Of a stretch of 64,000 bases of DNA, positions 9,992-19,580 are shown piece by piece; positions within the stretch are counted from its first letter, which is position 1; the number at the start of each line of letters is the position of its first letter. Source of the stretch: an uncultured Nitrospiraceae bacterium (GTDB taxonomy: Bacteria > Nitrospirota > Nitrospiria > Nitrospirales > Nitrospiraceae); the NCBI GenBank assembly GCA_963846575.1, contig CAWJWJ010000001.1, forward strand, positions 448,001 to 512,000. Reading direction: 5' to 3'. Both the position numbers and the translations under genes were made by a program. The notes beneath the pieces were generated by a model that saw nothing but the letters and a program-made list of their open reading frames with translations, ran no database searches and was not told where the DNA came from.

Positions 9992-11791
9992 CTATTTGAT
10001 CGCGACCGCTCGCACTTGCTGGTAGGTGGTAAGGCCCACTGTGGCTTTCTGAATACCGTCCTGCAACAGGGTTCTCATCCCTTCTGCCTTCGCAAGTCCC
10101 AGAAGTTCCCGGGTTCGAGCCCTCGATTGAATAAACCCTTTGATGCCCTCGGAGGCCACCATCAATTCATGAATCGGGACTCTCCCTCGGTAGCCTGTGT
10201 GATTACAGATTTCGCATCCACGTCCTCTAAAGAGCGTGAAGGCCGAAGCGTGATCGCGCCCCAGCCGAGCCCACTCTCCTTCTCCATAGGCCTGAACGAG
10301 CTCATCGAACTCCTCCTGTCCTGGGTGGTACGGCTCACGGCAGTTCTGACAGAGCCTCTTGCACAAACGCATCGCCAACACGCCCAACATGGCGTCTGAA
10401 AAGTTGAAGGGGTCGCATCCGAGGTCGAGCAACCGGACGACGGTTTCTACCGCGCTATTTGTATGAATCGTACTGAAGACCAAATGGCCCGTCAGGGACG
10501 CTTCAATGGCGATATCCGCCGTTTCCTTGTCACGCATCTCGCCGATCATGATGACATCCGGGTCCGCCCGCAAGAATGCCCGCATGGTCGCTGCGAAGGT
10601 GAGGCCGATCTTGGGATGGACTTGAACCTGCCGTAGTCCGTCCTGCGTGATCTCGATCGGATCCTCCGCAGTCCAGATTTTTCGAGCATCGGTATTGATC
10701 GATGCCAGAATGGCGTGCAGCGTCGTCGTCTTGCCGGAACCCGTCGGGCCCGCACAAAGCACGATCCCGTGTGGTCTCTGAGCCAGCTGCTCCATGAGCA
10801 GGCGAGTCTCGGCACTGAATTCCAAGTCCTCCAGACGACGTGGTCCATTGGTAGCCAGCAAGCGGATCACCACGTCTTCGTTGAACCCGGCCGTCGGGAG
10901 CGTCGCGACGCGCAATTCGACCTCCTGTCCCGTGCTGAGCTTGAAACGAATTTTGCCATCCTGAGGCTTGCGCCGTTCAGCAATGTCGAGGCTTGCCATG
11001 ATTTTTACCCGCGAGACGATCGCCCGACGATAGGCGGCAGGAATTTTCATGTAGGTGAAACAGCTCCCGTCGACGCGAAAACGTACCGACGTTTCTTTTC
11101 GATCGGCATAGGGCTCGATATGGATGTCTGATGCCCCTTGCCGATAGGCGTCAGTGATGATCTGGTTGGCAAGACGGACGATGGCCGAGTCGTTTTCTGT
11201 GATCGCCGCAATCGTGGCATTCTGCTGCTCTTCCAGCTGCGCTTCGCTCACCAACACTCCAAGAATCTCTGTGATTGCTTCACCTGACTCCCGGCCGACC
11301 ACAGCGCGTAAGTACAGTTCGATATCGCGTCGAAGGCCCACGCGATAGGACAGCGACTGCCCCGGAAAGGCGCGACGGACATCTTGCAACTTGTCAGGAT
11401 CGTGGGGATCATCGATTAAGACTTCAACCTCGTTCCCCTGTCTCCTGAGGGGGACCCAATGATTCATGCGGAGATAGTCCAGGCTTAAGTCTTTCAACAG
11501 TTCGCGCTCCATGATCGTACGCTCGTCATAGGCCAGGAACGGACAGCCATAAAAGCCTGCGAGAGCTAATCCAATAGCCGGCTTGGGAATCCGATATCGA
11601 TCCATGAGGACGGTTGCCACATCAACCCGGTTTCGGCCGGCTTCCGACGTGGCAAGCGCCAGTTCTTCCTGTTGAATAAAAGCCTGTTCGACGAGTAACT
11701 GGTATGGGCCATCAGTTCGCCTGTGAGCGGCTACCGTACGGCCATGTGAACAATCTCGTGCCGATACGGGGGAGGGGGCTGCTGAGATCAT
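9992..11791 (-). CDS. pilB: PilB/GspE-family assembly ATPase
   Basis: ASDIHIEP, LDIAERRKPQDG, Walker A GPTGSGKT, TAEDPIE, LRADPDVIMIGEMRD, TGHLVFSTIHTNSA, and Zn motif CQNC...CEIC. Confidence 0.92.
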   Translation of the reverse strand: MISAAPSPVSARDCSHGRTVAAHRRTDGPYQLLVEQAFIQQEELALATSEAGRNRVDVATVLMDRYRIPKPAIGLALAGFYGCPFLAYDERTIMERELLKDLSLDYLRMNHWVPLRRQGNEVEVLIDDPHDPDKLQDVRRAFPGQSLSYRVGLRRDIELYLRAVVGRESGEAITEILGVLVSEAQLEEQQNATIAAITENDSAIVRLANQIITDAYRQGASDIHIEPYADRKETSVRFRVDGSCFTYMKIPAAYRRAIVSRVKIMASLDIAERRKPQDGKIRFKLSTGQEVELRVATLPTAGFNEDVVIRLLATNGPRRLEDLEFSAETRLLMEQLAQRPHGIVLCAGPTGSGKTTTLHAILASINTDARKIWTAEDPIEITQDGLRQVQVHPKIGLTFAATMRAFLRADPDVIMIGEMRDKETADIAIEASLTGHLVFSTIHTNSAVETVVRLLDLGCDPFNFSDAMLGVLAMRLCKRLCQNCREPYHPGQEEFDELVQAYGEGEWARLGRDHASAFTLFRGRGCEICNHTGYRGRVPIHELMVASEGIKGFIQSRARTRELLGLAKAEGMRTLLQDGIQKATVGLTTYQQVRAVAIK

Positions 11792-11894
11792 CGAATGAAC
11801 CCTTTCTGACTGCCGTCGTTATACTCAAGAGTTTCCACTGGTATCTGCACGAGACTGCGAGCGAAGAAATTGGTGAATATCGGGCGATCCTGTT

Positions 11895-13391
11895 TCACAT
11901 CTTGGCCTGCCAGCTTCCGGGGGCAACAAACACGAGAGGCAAGCCATGCATGAACCCCTCGCGTAGCTCATGGTTGTACCAGACCTCGATCACTCCCGAG
12001 CCATTGGAGTCGTCCACCAGGGCTCCGTGAGCCATGACACCACCGTACACTTTAGGATGACCCGCATACCGCAGGTCACCCGAGACATATAGAACACCCT
12101 GTAAATGAATGCCGGACAGTTGCACGGGCACCCTGGTCCCGAGAGACTGCTGTCCTTCAGGGGGCGGACTAAGTGCCGGCACGGATTTACCTGTTTGCCC
12201 TGCCTTCCAAAGGACATGCGCGTTCACCATGAAGATGCCCTCGGCATACTCTTGGTCGAGGATAATCGTCCCCATGTTCCGTGGTCCCGGCGGCATGCCA
12301 TCGAGCGTGTCGACGAAGAGCAACCCACGATGGTCGCCCGGGTCCGTTGACGCAAACACCTCCGCAGCCGGACGTCCAAGGCCCGCTTGCATGAGACCGC
12401 CTGGATAGAGCAATCCCTCCCGATCCATGCCGTAATAACGTCCGAACTGCTTGGACATTTGCTTCAATGTCTCATAGTCCCATTGATCCGTTTTAATGCC
12501 GGGCACCGGCTCCTGGTGCGCATGCAGGTTCGATGGGACCTCGGACCAGGACTCCGCGGGAAGCTGCCCGAAGAACACCTCACCGCCTACCTGGATATCG
12601 AGCCATCGGTCCTCCCGATGCGTCATTTCACCATAGCTCTGTCCCGTCACCGACGCCAACCCGCTCTTGGCCGGAACCTCGGCAGGCCGGGGTAAATACG
12701 CTGGACCATGCACCAGCATGTCACCCCAATGCACGAGGACTGAACCGGGTCTGGAACCTACAGTCCCGCTTCCGACTGTGCCGCTCTGTAGCGGTGCATG
12801 CAGGGAGGGAATGGCATAGGCTCCGAACTCAACCGAGAGCGTCTTCGTCACACGAGAATCACGGCCGGCTCCTGCCGTCACTTCCACCGTGCACAGCATT
12901 CCCGGTCGCGTGGCACCATACACCCGTAAGGTAAGAATTTTGGCGAGTCCCTTGAGTGACTTGAACCATCCAATCTGAGGATCGTTCAGTAATCGGTCCT
13001 GTTGAGGATCCGCGGCATCAAACAAGAGGTCTGGACGAGTCGCGTTCCCGGTAAATTGCGAATGCCCATGCCCATCGAAATAGGAGGGATCCCCCTGTGC
13101 GCTGATCGCGCGTTTCGTCAACCAGGAAGCCTCCGTGCCCTGCGGCATGAGAGACGGATCGTGAAACCATCCCATCGCCACGTCGAGGGCTGCTTCCGCC
13201 GCATGATGAGCCAGCCGCTCTTCCTGTAGTGCACCGGCTCCGACCATCTCCTGACCCGCCAGATGCATGGAGGTCATGCCCAGCAGCGTCAACAAAAATA
13301 CCACCATCAGCACGGCCAGCATTGCCATTCCCCGTTCATCCCGTCGCACCCTGCGCCGCCTCAGTCCTGCGCTCGTCTCCACCATGGTCAT
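11895..13391 (-). CDS. Large PilX-like protein (set 2, 498 aa)
   Basis: ERG|MAMLAVLMVVFLLTLLG...LAHHAAEAAL PilX N-terminus followed by a long C-terminal domain. Confidence 0.8.
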   Translation of the reverse strand: MTMVETSAGLRRRRVRRDERGMAMLAVLMVVFLLTLLGMTSMHLAGQEMVGAGALQEERLAHHAAEAALDVAMGWFHDPSLMPQGTEASWLTKRAISAQGDPSYFDGHGHSQFTGNATRPDLLFDAADPQQDRLLNDPQIGWFKSLKGLAKILTLRVYGATRPGMLCTVEVTAGAGRDSRVTKTLSVEFGAYAIPSLHAPLQSGTVGSGTVGSRPGSVLVHWGDMLVHGPAYLPRPAEVPAKSGLASVTGQSYGEMTHREDRWLDIQVGGEVFFGQLPAESWSEVPSNLHAHQEPVPGIKTDQWDYETLKQMSKQFGRYYGMDREGLLYPGGLMQAGLGRPAAEVFASTDPGDHRGLLFVDTLDGMPPGPRNMGTIILDQEYAEGIFMVNAHVLWKAGQTGKSVPALSPPPEGQQSLGTRVPVQLSGIHLQGVLYVSGDLRYAGHPKVYGGVMAHGALVDDSNGSGVIEVWYNHELREGFMHGLPLVFVAPGSWQAKM

Positions 13392-13403
13392 TTCCTTTAC
13401 TCG

Positions 13404-14180
13404 TTAAGACCGTATCGCGATATCCCGTGAGATGCCCCAATTTGCCTGCCCCATCTGGATCGTCACACGAATGCGCACCACCTCACGTGAATCAGTCGTC
13501 ACCTGTCCTTCCTTATTCAAATACTGAAGCGTGAACGTTCTGACAGCGGCCAAGAGCGTGCTCGCCCCGCCATCGACATCACGCATTAGCCGCAGCGTCC
13601 CATCATCCTGGCGCTTGAGGTAGTACCGCACCCTGTTCAGCAAGAACAGCGCCGTGCCCATGGGCAGTGGCTCCCCTGTTGGTGTCATGAAGGTCAGTGA
13701 CTGCTTCCGGCCATCGGCAGCCAGTCGATTCCATGCACAATGGACCGCCGTACACAGCACCACTTGCTTCCCCTTTGGCCAACCGCCACCGTCCACGACC
13801 GGCAGGTCCCGACGACCTATGTCCACAGCCTGAGTGACCGTGGTCGCAGCACCACTCAGATTGGCGTAGAACTCGACCTCATCGGATCCCGTTTTCAGGA
13901 AGGGGGACTCTCCTCCTAACAGCCCTGCCCCGGCCAATCGCACTTCACTGGATAACACGTCCAATCCGAGTCGCAACTCCTGATTCGACACGATCGTGGA
14001 ATGTTGGGAAGTCAGCCGAAGTCCATAGGTCGAAAACATATGGATTGAAGCCGAGATCGCCACGCTGCTGATCGCCAGCGCCATAAGAAGTTCAATCAGA
14101 CTCACCCCGGCGCAGCCCATGTGCCTGCCCGAACTCATGCGCTCCCGCGGCTTTGGATTGGAGAAAGTCGCGCATCTCAT
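13404..14180 (-). CDS. PilW-like minor pilin (set 2)
   Basis: AG|VSLIELLMALAI; NQELRLGLDVLSSEVRLAG; VRYYL...LRLMRDVDG; FTLQY. The start is probably a later ATG. Confidence 0.83.
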   Translation of the reverse strand: MRCATFSNPKPRERMSSGRHMGCAGVSLIELLMALAISSVAISASIHMFSTYGLRLTSQHSTIVSNQELRLGLDVLSSEVRLAGAGLLGGESPFLKTGSDEVEFYANLSGAATTVTQAVDIGRRDLPVVDGGGWPKGKQVVLCTAVHCAWNRLAADGRKQSLTFMTPTGEPLPMGTALFLLNRVRYYLKRQDDGTLRLMRDVDGGASTLLAAVRTFTLQYLNKEGQVTTDSREVVRIRVTIQMGQANWGISRDIAIRS

Positions 14181-14704
14181 GACAAGACCTGGAGACTCAC
14201 ATAATTGGGATTAGCCCGAATCGTACGCAGGCGGACTTCTTTTTCCTGCCCTCCCACCGTTCGAAACGTCGCACAGGCCTCAATCGTCGCCAGGCTGGCA
14301 CCTGCAGGCAGGCGGCCCCTGTTCAACTCCACTGTCCAGACAAGCCGGATGTTGAACCGTGTAAGACTGCCGGTGAATATGCCATCGCCCTCCATCAAAT
14401 CCTCCTGCACTCCATCGTCTCGCATAGCCGACTCCAGCGTGCCGTTTTGATCCATATCGTCCAACAACAGATGCTCCCATGGTAGGCTCCGCTTGGCTTC
14501 AAGTTGCGATTCCGCCAGCGCCAGTGCCGTGGTGGTCAATGCCCCCTGGCGAAGACCACGCTCCGCCCATTCACACATGCCGATTGTGCCGACGAGCCCG
14601 ATGGACAACACCACCAGGGCGACCATACTTTCGACGAGTGTGAATCCGGCTACGTGCGTCAGAGGGGAAGGCCCCAATGCTCTCTTCCCTGCCTCTCGCG
14701 TCAT
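14177..14704 (-). CDS. PilV-like minor pilin (set 2)
   Basis: AG|FTLVESMVALVVLSIGLVG; ALALAESQLE. Confidence 0.83.
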   Translation of the reverse strand: MTREAGKRALGPSPLTHVAGFTLVESMVALVVLSIGLVGTIGMCEWAERGLRQGALTTTALALAESQLEAKRSLPWEHLLLDDMDQNGTLESAMRDDGVQEDLMEGDGIFTGSLTRFNIRLVWTVELNRGRLPAGASLATIEACATFRTVGGQEKEVRLRTIRANPNYVSLQVLS

Positions 14705-15135
14705 GATATGACCACCCGCCCGGTGATGCTCACCGTCACCTGATGAGTGCGATTGCGTTTGTCGACCAAGGTAATGGTCGTCGCGGTGGCCGAACGGCCG
14801 CTTGGGTGGAACATGATTTCAGGCTTCGTCGTCATGGACTCGACCGCTGTCCCTCTCCGCGCGAAATCATACCGGCGAAGGGAACCCATGCCGCAGTCCG
14901 CGCATTCCGTGCGCAGTTCAGCTTGTGCGACATCGATGATCACCCGGATACGTTCGTGGCGGGCCATCGCAATTTGTCTGGCCATTCGTAACTCCGAGGC
15001 GATTTCCGTCACCACCGCCCGCGGTTGCTGTCTCCCCACAAGAGATGCCCATCCCGGCAAGCTGGCCGCCGTCACAATCGCGATGATTGCAGTTACCGTA
15101 CAAAGTTCCACAAGACTTCCCCCGCGTTCGTTCAT
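14701..15135 (-). CDS. FimT/GspH-like minor pilin (set 2)
   Basis: ERG|GSLVEL...ASLP; EIASELRMARQIAMAR; IMFHPSG; VTVSITGRV. GGAG RBS upstream. Confidence 0.83.
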   Translation of the reverse strand: MNERGGSLVELCTVTAIIAIVTAASLPGWASLVGRQQPRAVVTEIASELRMARQIAMARHERIRVIIDVAQAELRTECADCGMGSLRRYDFARRGTAVESMTTKPEIMFHPSGRSATATTITLVDKRNRTHQVTVSITGRVVIS

Positions 15136-15424
15136 ACCGGCTCCTTTCGTCGAGCGCGTAGAGCATTTCCAATTTTCATGCCTTACTCTCGGCTCAGCTG
15201 TCGCGTGCGATCCGGCCCCTGATGGAGACAGAAAGCCACATGATCATATGGAGATATGAACGGAGAGAGCAGCAAGGTGGCCGCGAACGACGGGCGGGCA
15301 GTTAAAATATTAACGTGAACAGTTGTGAACTGTTCCAGATCGGATACAGGTCAACATCCATTCGGATACACCTCAGGGGATCATATGAGCTTGAAACTGG
15401 CTCTGAGAAACGATTTGCAGGGGG

Positions 15425-16198
15425 TCAGCCGGGAAATTCGATCAACGACCAATACCAGTCAAACAGGGGCTGGTGAAAGAAAAGTGCGAGAAGGGACCCG
15501 ACCGCGAGGAATGGTCCGAACGGGATGTACTGTTCGCGCTTCATGATCCCGGTAAGGATGAGCCCCCCACCGACCACGGAGCCTAAGAAGGATCCGATCA
15601 TAATGGCCAGCAACGCGGGCTGCCATCCCACGAAAGCTCCTACCATCGCCATGAGCTTGATGTCTCCTCCGCCCATGCCCTCCTTGCCGAAGACATAGGG
15701 GCTGATCCAGGCTAAGAACCACAGAATCCCCCCCCCCACCAAAACACCGAGCAGGGAATCCGCTATCCCGATCGGGAGAAATAGAGCGCCGCAAAGGATC
15801 CCCAGTATTATGCCCGGCAATGTCACGGTATCGGGAATCATCGTGTGCGAAAGGTCTGTCCCTGTCACGACTATCAGCGCGGAGACTAACCCGGCATAGA
15901 TCCAGGCTTCCGCGGTAAAACCGAACATCCAAAAGACGCCTAAATACCCCAGGGCATTGACCGCTTCCACCAACGGATACTGCATGGCGATTGGTGCATG
16001 ACAGTGCCGGCACCGTCCTCGCAGGAGTAGATAACTCACGATTGGAATGTTGTCGTAAACCGCAATGGCGCGGCGGCATGAGGGGCACCGCGAGCCGGGC
16101 CATGCAACCGACTCCTCCCGCGGCAGTCGATAGATACACACATTTAAAAAACTACCGATTACGGCACCGAACAAGAGGACGATGAGGTACGGAGTCAT
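15425..16198 (-). CDS. pilD: Prepilin peptidase/N-methyltransferase
   Basis: GSFLNVCIYRLP, SRCPSC, GRCRHC, TDL and GMGGGDIKL catalytic aspartates, IPFGPFL. Confidence 0.96.
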   Translation of the reverse strand: MTPYLIVLLFGAVIGSFLNVCIYRLPREESVAWPGSRCPSCRRAIAVYDNIPIVSYLLLRGRCRHCHAPIAMQYPLVEAVNALGYLGVFWMFGFTAEAWIYAGLVSALIVVTGTDLSHTMIPDTVTLPGIILGILCGALFLPIGIADSLLGVLVGGGILWFLAWISPYVFGKEGMGGGDIKLMAMVGAFVGWQPALLAIMIGSFLGSVVGGGLILTGIMKREQYIPFGPFLAVGSLLALFFHQPLFDWYWSLIEFPG

Positions 16199-16308
16199 GC
16201 CTGCTCTTCCACAGCGTCCGCAGGGCATCTAAGCCCAAGCGGGCCTGCATACGTACTATAAATTAATGCAATAGCATTCATGATCCGGCCTCTGCGAGTC
16301 CGCGTCCA

Positions 16309-16338
16309 TTTACAAATGCTAGGAGAACTGCGTATAAT
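16309..16338 (+). promoter_or_regulatory. sigma70-type promoter of the LuxR-family gene
   Basis: TTTACA-N18-TATAAT. Confidence 0.55.
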
Positions 16339-16416
16339 GCAGGATACCTTTTTAACGCGGCCTGACGCAGGCCTCAGTCATAGAAATGCAGTCACCCGAA
16401 GTGGAGCGAGACGCAC

Positions 16417-16701
16417 ATGTCGACAGCCGCCAAGACAAGCAAGAGTCGAGCAAAAACACCCTCACCGAATCCGGTACTTCCTCCTCGCAAGAGACGCCCA
16501 GAAGCTCTCACGACTCGGGAGCAGGAGATTCTTGAGCTGATCTGGACGGGGTTCAAGAACAAGGAAATTGCCCAGCGGTTAAAAATCAGCGTGAAGACGG
16601 TCGAGGCGCACCGGGCAAATATGATGAAGAAAATCAGGGTATCCAATACCGCTCAACTCCTCAAGGCCGCTATTCAAGGGAAAATGCTGAAACTCCGGTA
16701 A
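16417..16701 (+). CDS. Stand-alone LuxR/GerE-family HTH regulator
   Basis: LTTREQEILELIWTGFKNKEIAQRLKISVKTVEAHRANMMKKI; no receiver or ligand-binding domain. Confidence 0.92.
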   Translation: MSTAAKTSKSRAKTPSPNPVLPPRKRRPEALTTREQEILELIWTGFKNKEIAQRLKISVKTVEAHRANMMKKIRVSNTAQLLKAAIQGKMLKLR

Positions 16702-16722
16702 CTCTCCTCGCCTGGAGCGTGC

Positions 16723-17499
16723 TCATTTTTTTCCTGACATGCCTGCACTTCGCTGACGCAACGCCTCATACAACACGATCGCCGCGGACGCCGAGACATT
16801 CAGCGAGCCGACGTGGCCCAGCATAGGAATGTGCGCGGCATCGTCACAGGCTTCACGTACGCCGGGACGAACCCCTTTCCCCTCGCCTCCGAACACCAGC
16901 GCCACGGGGCCCCGAAAATCCAATGCCGTATAGACCTTGGGAGCCTCGGCATCAAGGGCATAGACCCAGATCCCGCCGCTTTGAAGCCGCTCGATCCAGC
17001 GGGACAGATTCGATACTCGAGCGACGGGCATGTAATCCACGGCCCCCGCAGAAGCCTTAGCCACGACACTGGTCAATCCCACGGCACGGCGCTCAGGGAT
17101 GAACACACCGTGGACGCCAGAGGCTTCGGCTGTTCGGAGTATGGCACCAAGATTATGGGGATCCTCGACCCCGTCGAGCAGGACCAGAAGCGGAATCTGC
17201 CCCTCTGCCTGAGCCGACAAAAGCATCTGATCCGGCTCGGCATAGGCCTTCGCGGCAATCACCCCAATCACTCCCTGGTGGTGGCCAGCCGGAACAAAGC
17301 GATCGAAAGCCGCCCGTGGCTCGATATGCACTGGCACATGCTGAGCTTTTGCCAGCCGGACGATGTCCCCGAACTGCCGGTCGGTTGCGAGCACGAGCAG
17401 GCGCTGAAGTGGACGGACTCCCGCGCGTAACGCCTCCCGCACGGCATGGAGACCGTAGATTACCTCCGGGGAGTTATCGTTTCCATCTTGTGGTGCCAT
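16723..17499 (-). CDS. rlmB: 23S rRNA (Gm2251) 2'-O-methyltransferase, TrmH/SpoU family
   Basis: IYGLHAVREAL, LDGVEDPHNLGAILRTA, GGEGKG, IPMLGHVGSLNVSAS. Confidence 0.93.
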   Translation of the reverse strand: MAPQDGNDNSPEVIYGLHAVREALRAGVRPLQRLLVLATDRQFGDIVRLAKAQHVPVHIEPRAAFDRFVPAGHHQGVIGVIAAKAYAEPDQMLLSAQAEGQIPLLVLLDGVEDPHNLGAILRTAEASGVHGVFIPERRAVGLTSVVAKASAGAVDYMPVARVSNLSRWIERLQSGGIWVYALDAEAPKVYTALDFRGPVALVFGGEGKGVRPGVREACDDAAHIPMLGHVGSLNVSASAAIVLYEALRQRSAGMSGKK

Positions 17500-18934
17500 C
17501 CGGCCGGTCCTCTATCGTAATACCGTGGGACACCAACTCAGCCCTGAGCTGGTCCGCCAGGCTGTAATTCTTCGCCCGTTTCGCCTCAATACGTGCGGCA
17601 ATCTTCCGGTCGATGGCTTCATCGGATAAGCTCGCGACCCCCTCAGCCTTCGCAGCCGGACCGGTCGAATTCGGTTGAGGCTTGAACTGCCAGTTGTCGG
17701 GCTGCAAGAGACCTAGCACTGTGCCCAGCGCACGAAACTCCTGACGCACCACCCGCCGTGTCTCGCCCGATAATCCAGCCTCAATGGCCTTATTGCCCTC
17801 ACTACGTAGCTTCTGCAAAGCTGCCACAGCGAGGGGGGTATTCAAATCATCGTCCATGGCCTCCGCAAAGGCCTCTCGTGCCCGAGTAATCGCCTCTCGC
17901 ATGTGTGCATCCGCCGGACCATGATTCAAAGCGGGCTCCCTGAGCCGATCAAAGAGATCGTAGAAGCCATTGAGGGCGCCCTTTGCTTCACGCAAACTTT
18001 GGTCCGAAAAGTCCAATGGGCTTCGATAGTGCGTGGAGAGAAGAAAATAGCGGAGCATCTCGCCGGTGACGGCGTCCGGCCAATCGGAGGCGGCAAAAAT
18101 CTCTCGAATCGTAAAGAAATTCCCTAACGACTTGGACATTTTCTCCCGGTTGATCTCGACGAATCCGTTATGAACCCAATACTGCGCGAATTCCTTCCCC
18201 GTCGCACCGCACGACTGCGCGATCTCATTCTCATGATGCGGAAAAATCAGATCCATGCCGCCGCCATGAATATCGAAGGTGTCACCCAAATGTCGCATGG
18301 CCATGGCCGAACATTCGATATGCCATCCAGGGCGGCCCAGCCCCCAAGGACTCTCCCATGAAGGCTCACCGGGCTTACTGTTCTTCCATAAGGCAAAATC
18401 CATGGGATGGCGCTTCCGCTGATCCACATCCACCCGTGCGCCGGCCTGCAGATCGTCAAGCTTGCGTTTGGAAAGCCTGCCATACCCCGAATACCGGTCG
18501 ACCTGGAAATACACGTCGCCATCGACGCAGTAGGCCATCCCCTTCGTGAGTAGCCTCCCGACCAGTGCCACGATGTCGGAGATGTGCTCCGTGGCCCTCG
18601 GTTCCAGATTCGCCCGACGTACGCCGAGTTTCTCCATATCCTCATGATAGGCCTGGATGTACTTGCCGGTAATATCCTCGCAACTGACTCCCTGCTCAAA
18701 CGCCCGCTTGATAATCTTATCGTCGACATCCGTAAAGTTCTTGGCAAACTCGACGGCGAACCCCGAGTATTCCAAGTAGCGCCGCAGCACATCAAACACG
18801 AGCGCACTCCGTGCATGTCCGATATGACAATAGTCATACACGGTCACCCCGCAGACATACATGCGGGCCATTCCGGGCACCAAGGGTTCGAACCGGTCTT
18901 TGCGGCCGGTCAATGTATTGTGCAGACGCAGCAT
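17474..18934 (-). CDS. cysS: Cysteine--tRNA ligase
   Basis: MYVCGVTVYDYCHIGH, GRPGWHIECSAM, FPHHENE, KMSKSLGN. Start placed at ATG 18934 after GGAG. Confidence 0.98.
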   Translation of the reverse strand: MLRLHNTLTGRKDRFEPLVPGMARMYVCGVTVYDYCHIGHARSALVFDVLRRYLEYSGFAVEFAKNFTDVDDKIIKRAFEQGVSCEDITGKYIQAYHEDMEKLGVRRANLEPRATEHISDIVALVGRLLTKGMAYCVDGDVYFQVDRYSGYGRLSKRKLDDLQAGARVDVDQRKRHPMDFALWKNSKPGEPSWESPWGLGRPGWHIECSAMAMRHLGDTFDIHGGGMDLIFPHHENEIAQSCGATGKEFAQYWVHNGFVEINREKMSKSLGNFFTIREIFAASDWPDAVTGEMLRYFLLSTHYRSPLDFSDQSLREAKGALNGFYDLFDRLREPALNHGPADAHMREAITRAREAFAEAMDDDLNTPLAVAALQKLRSEGNKAIEAGLSGETRRVVRQEFRALGTVLGLLQPDNWQFKPQPNSTGPAAKAEGVASLSDEAIDRKIAARIEAKRAKNYSLADQLRAELVSHGITIEDRPDGTTRWKR

Positions 18935-18942
18935 AGGCGTCG

Positions 18943-19578
18943 TTACTCCATACTCGGCCGACGTCTCGGCCAATGCGACCAGAGAAAATATCCGAGTCCT
19001 ACGGCGAGGAACAACCCGATCACTAAGTCCGCGTGGTGGAAGTACTCCCGCAACTGATTCCAGTGTTCCCCCATCTTAAGCCCCACATAAGCCAGCGCAT
19101 AGCACCAGGGCACTGCCCCGACAAACGAAAACAGCACGAATCGCTTCACGTCCATCCGGGCGATCCCAGCCGGGAGGGAAATAAAGGTGCGCACGACGGG
19201 CAGGAGACGACTGATCAGCACCGCCGCCTCACCGTGTTTCGTAAACCATCGATCAGCCAGATCCAAGTCATGCTGCGAGACCAGGATATATCGGCCGTAC
19301 CGTTCGACGAATGGTCGTCCACCCCACACTCCCACGTAATAAGCCACCAGCGACCCGAGCACATTGCCGATCGCGCCGGCAAGGGTCACGCCCAGCATCG
19401 AGAATTGCCCGGTCGAAACAAGATACCCTGAGAACGGCATGATGATTTCACTCGGCAATGGAATGCAGGCACTTTCGATCGCCATGGTAACCACGATGCC
19501 GGTATAGCCGAAGGTTGAAATCGTCGCGATGACGAACCGGCCGAGTTGCTCGATCAACCACTCTATCAGTGCCGCCAT
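18943..19578 (-). CDS. DedA-family membrane protein
   Basis: IESACIPLPSEIIMPFSG; SRLLPVVRTFISLPAG. Confidence 0.92.
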   Translation of the reverse strand: MAALIEWLIEQLGRFVIATISTFGYTGIVVTMAIESACIPLPSEIIMPFSGYLVSTGQFSMLGVTLAGAIGNVLGSLVAYYVGVWGGRPFVERYGRYILVSQHDLDLADRWFTKHGEAAVLISRLLPVVRTFISLPAGIARMDVKRFVLFSFVGAVPWCYALAYVGLKMGEHWNQLREYFHHADLVIGLFLAVGLGYFLWSHWPRRRPSME

Positions 19579-19580
19579 TT

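Noticed and set aside
15459..16139. 226-aa alternative-frame ORF overlapping pilD
   Set aside because: Arg-rich frame-shifted shadow of a well-supported gene.
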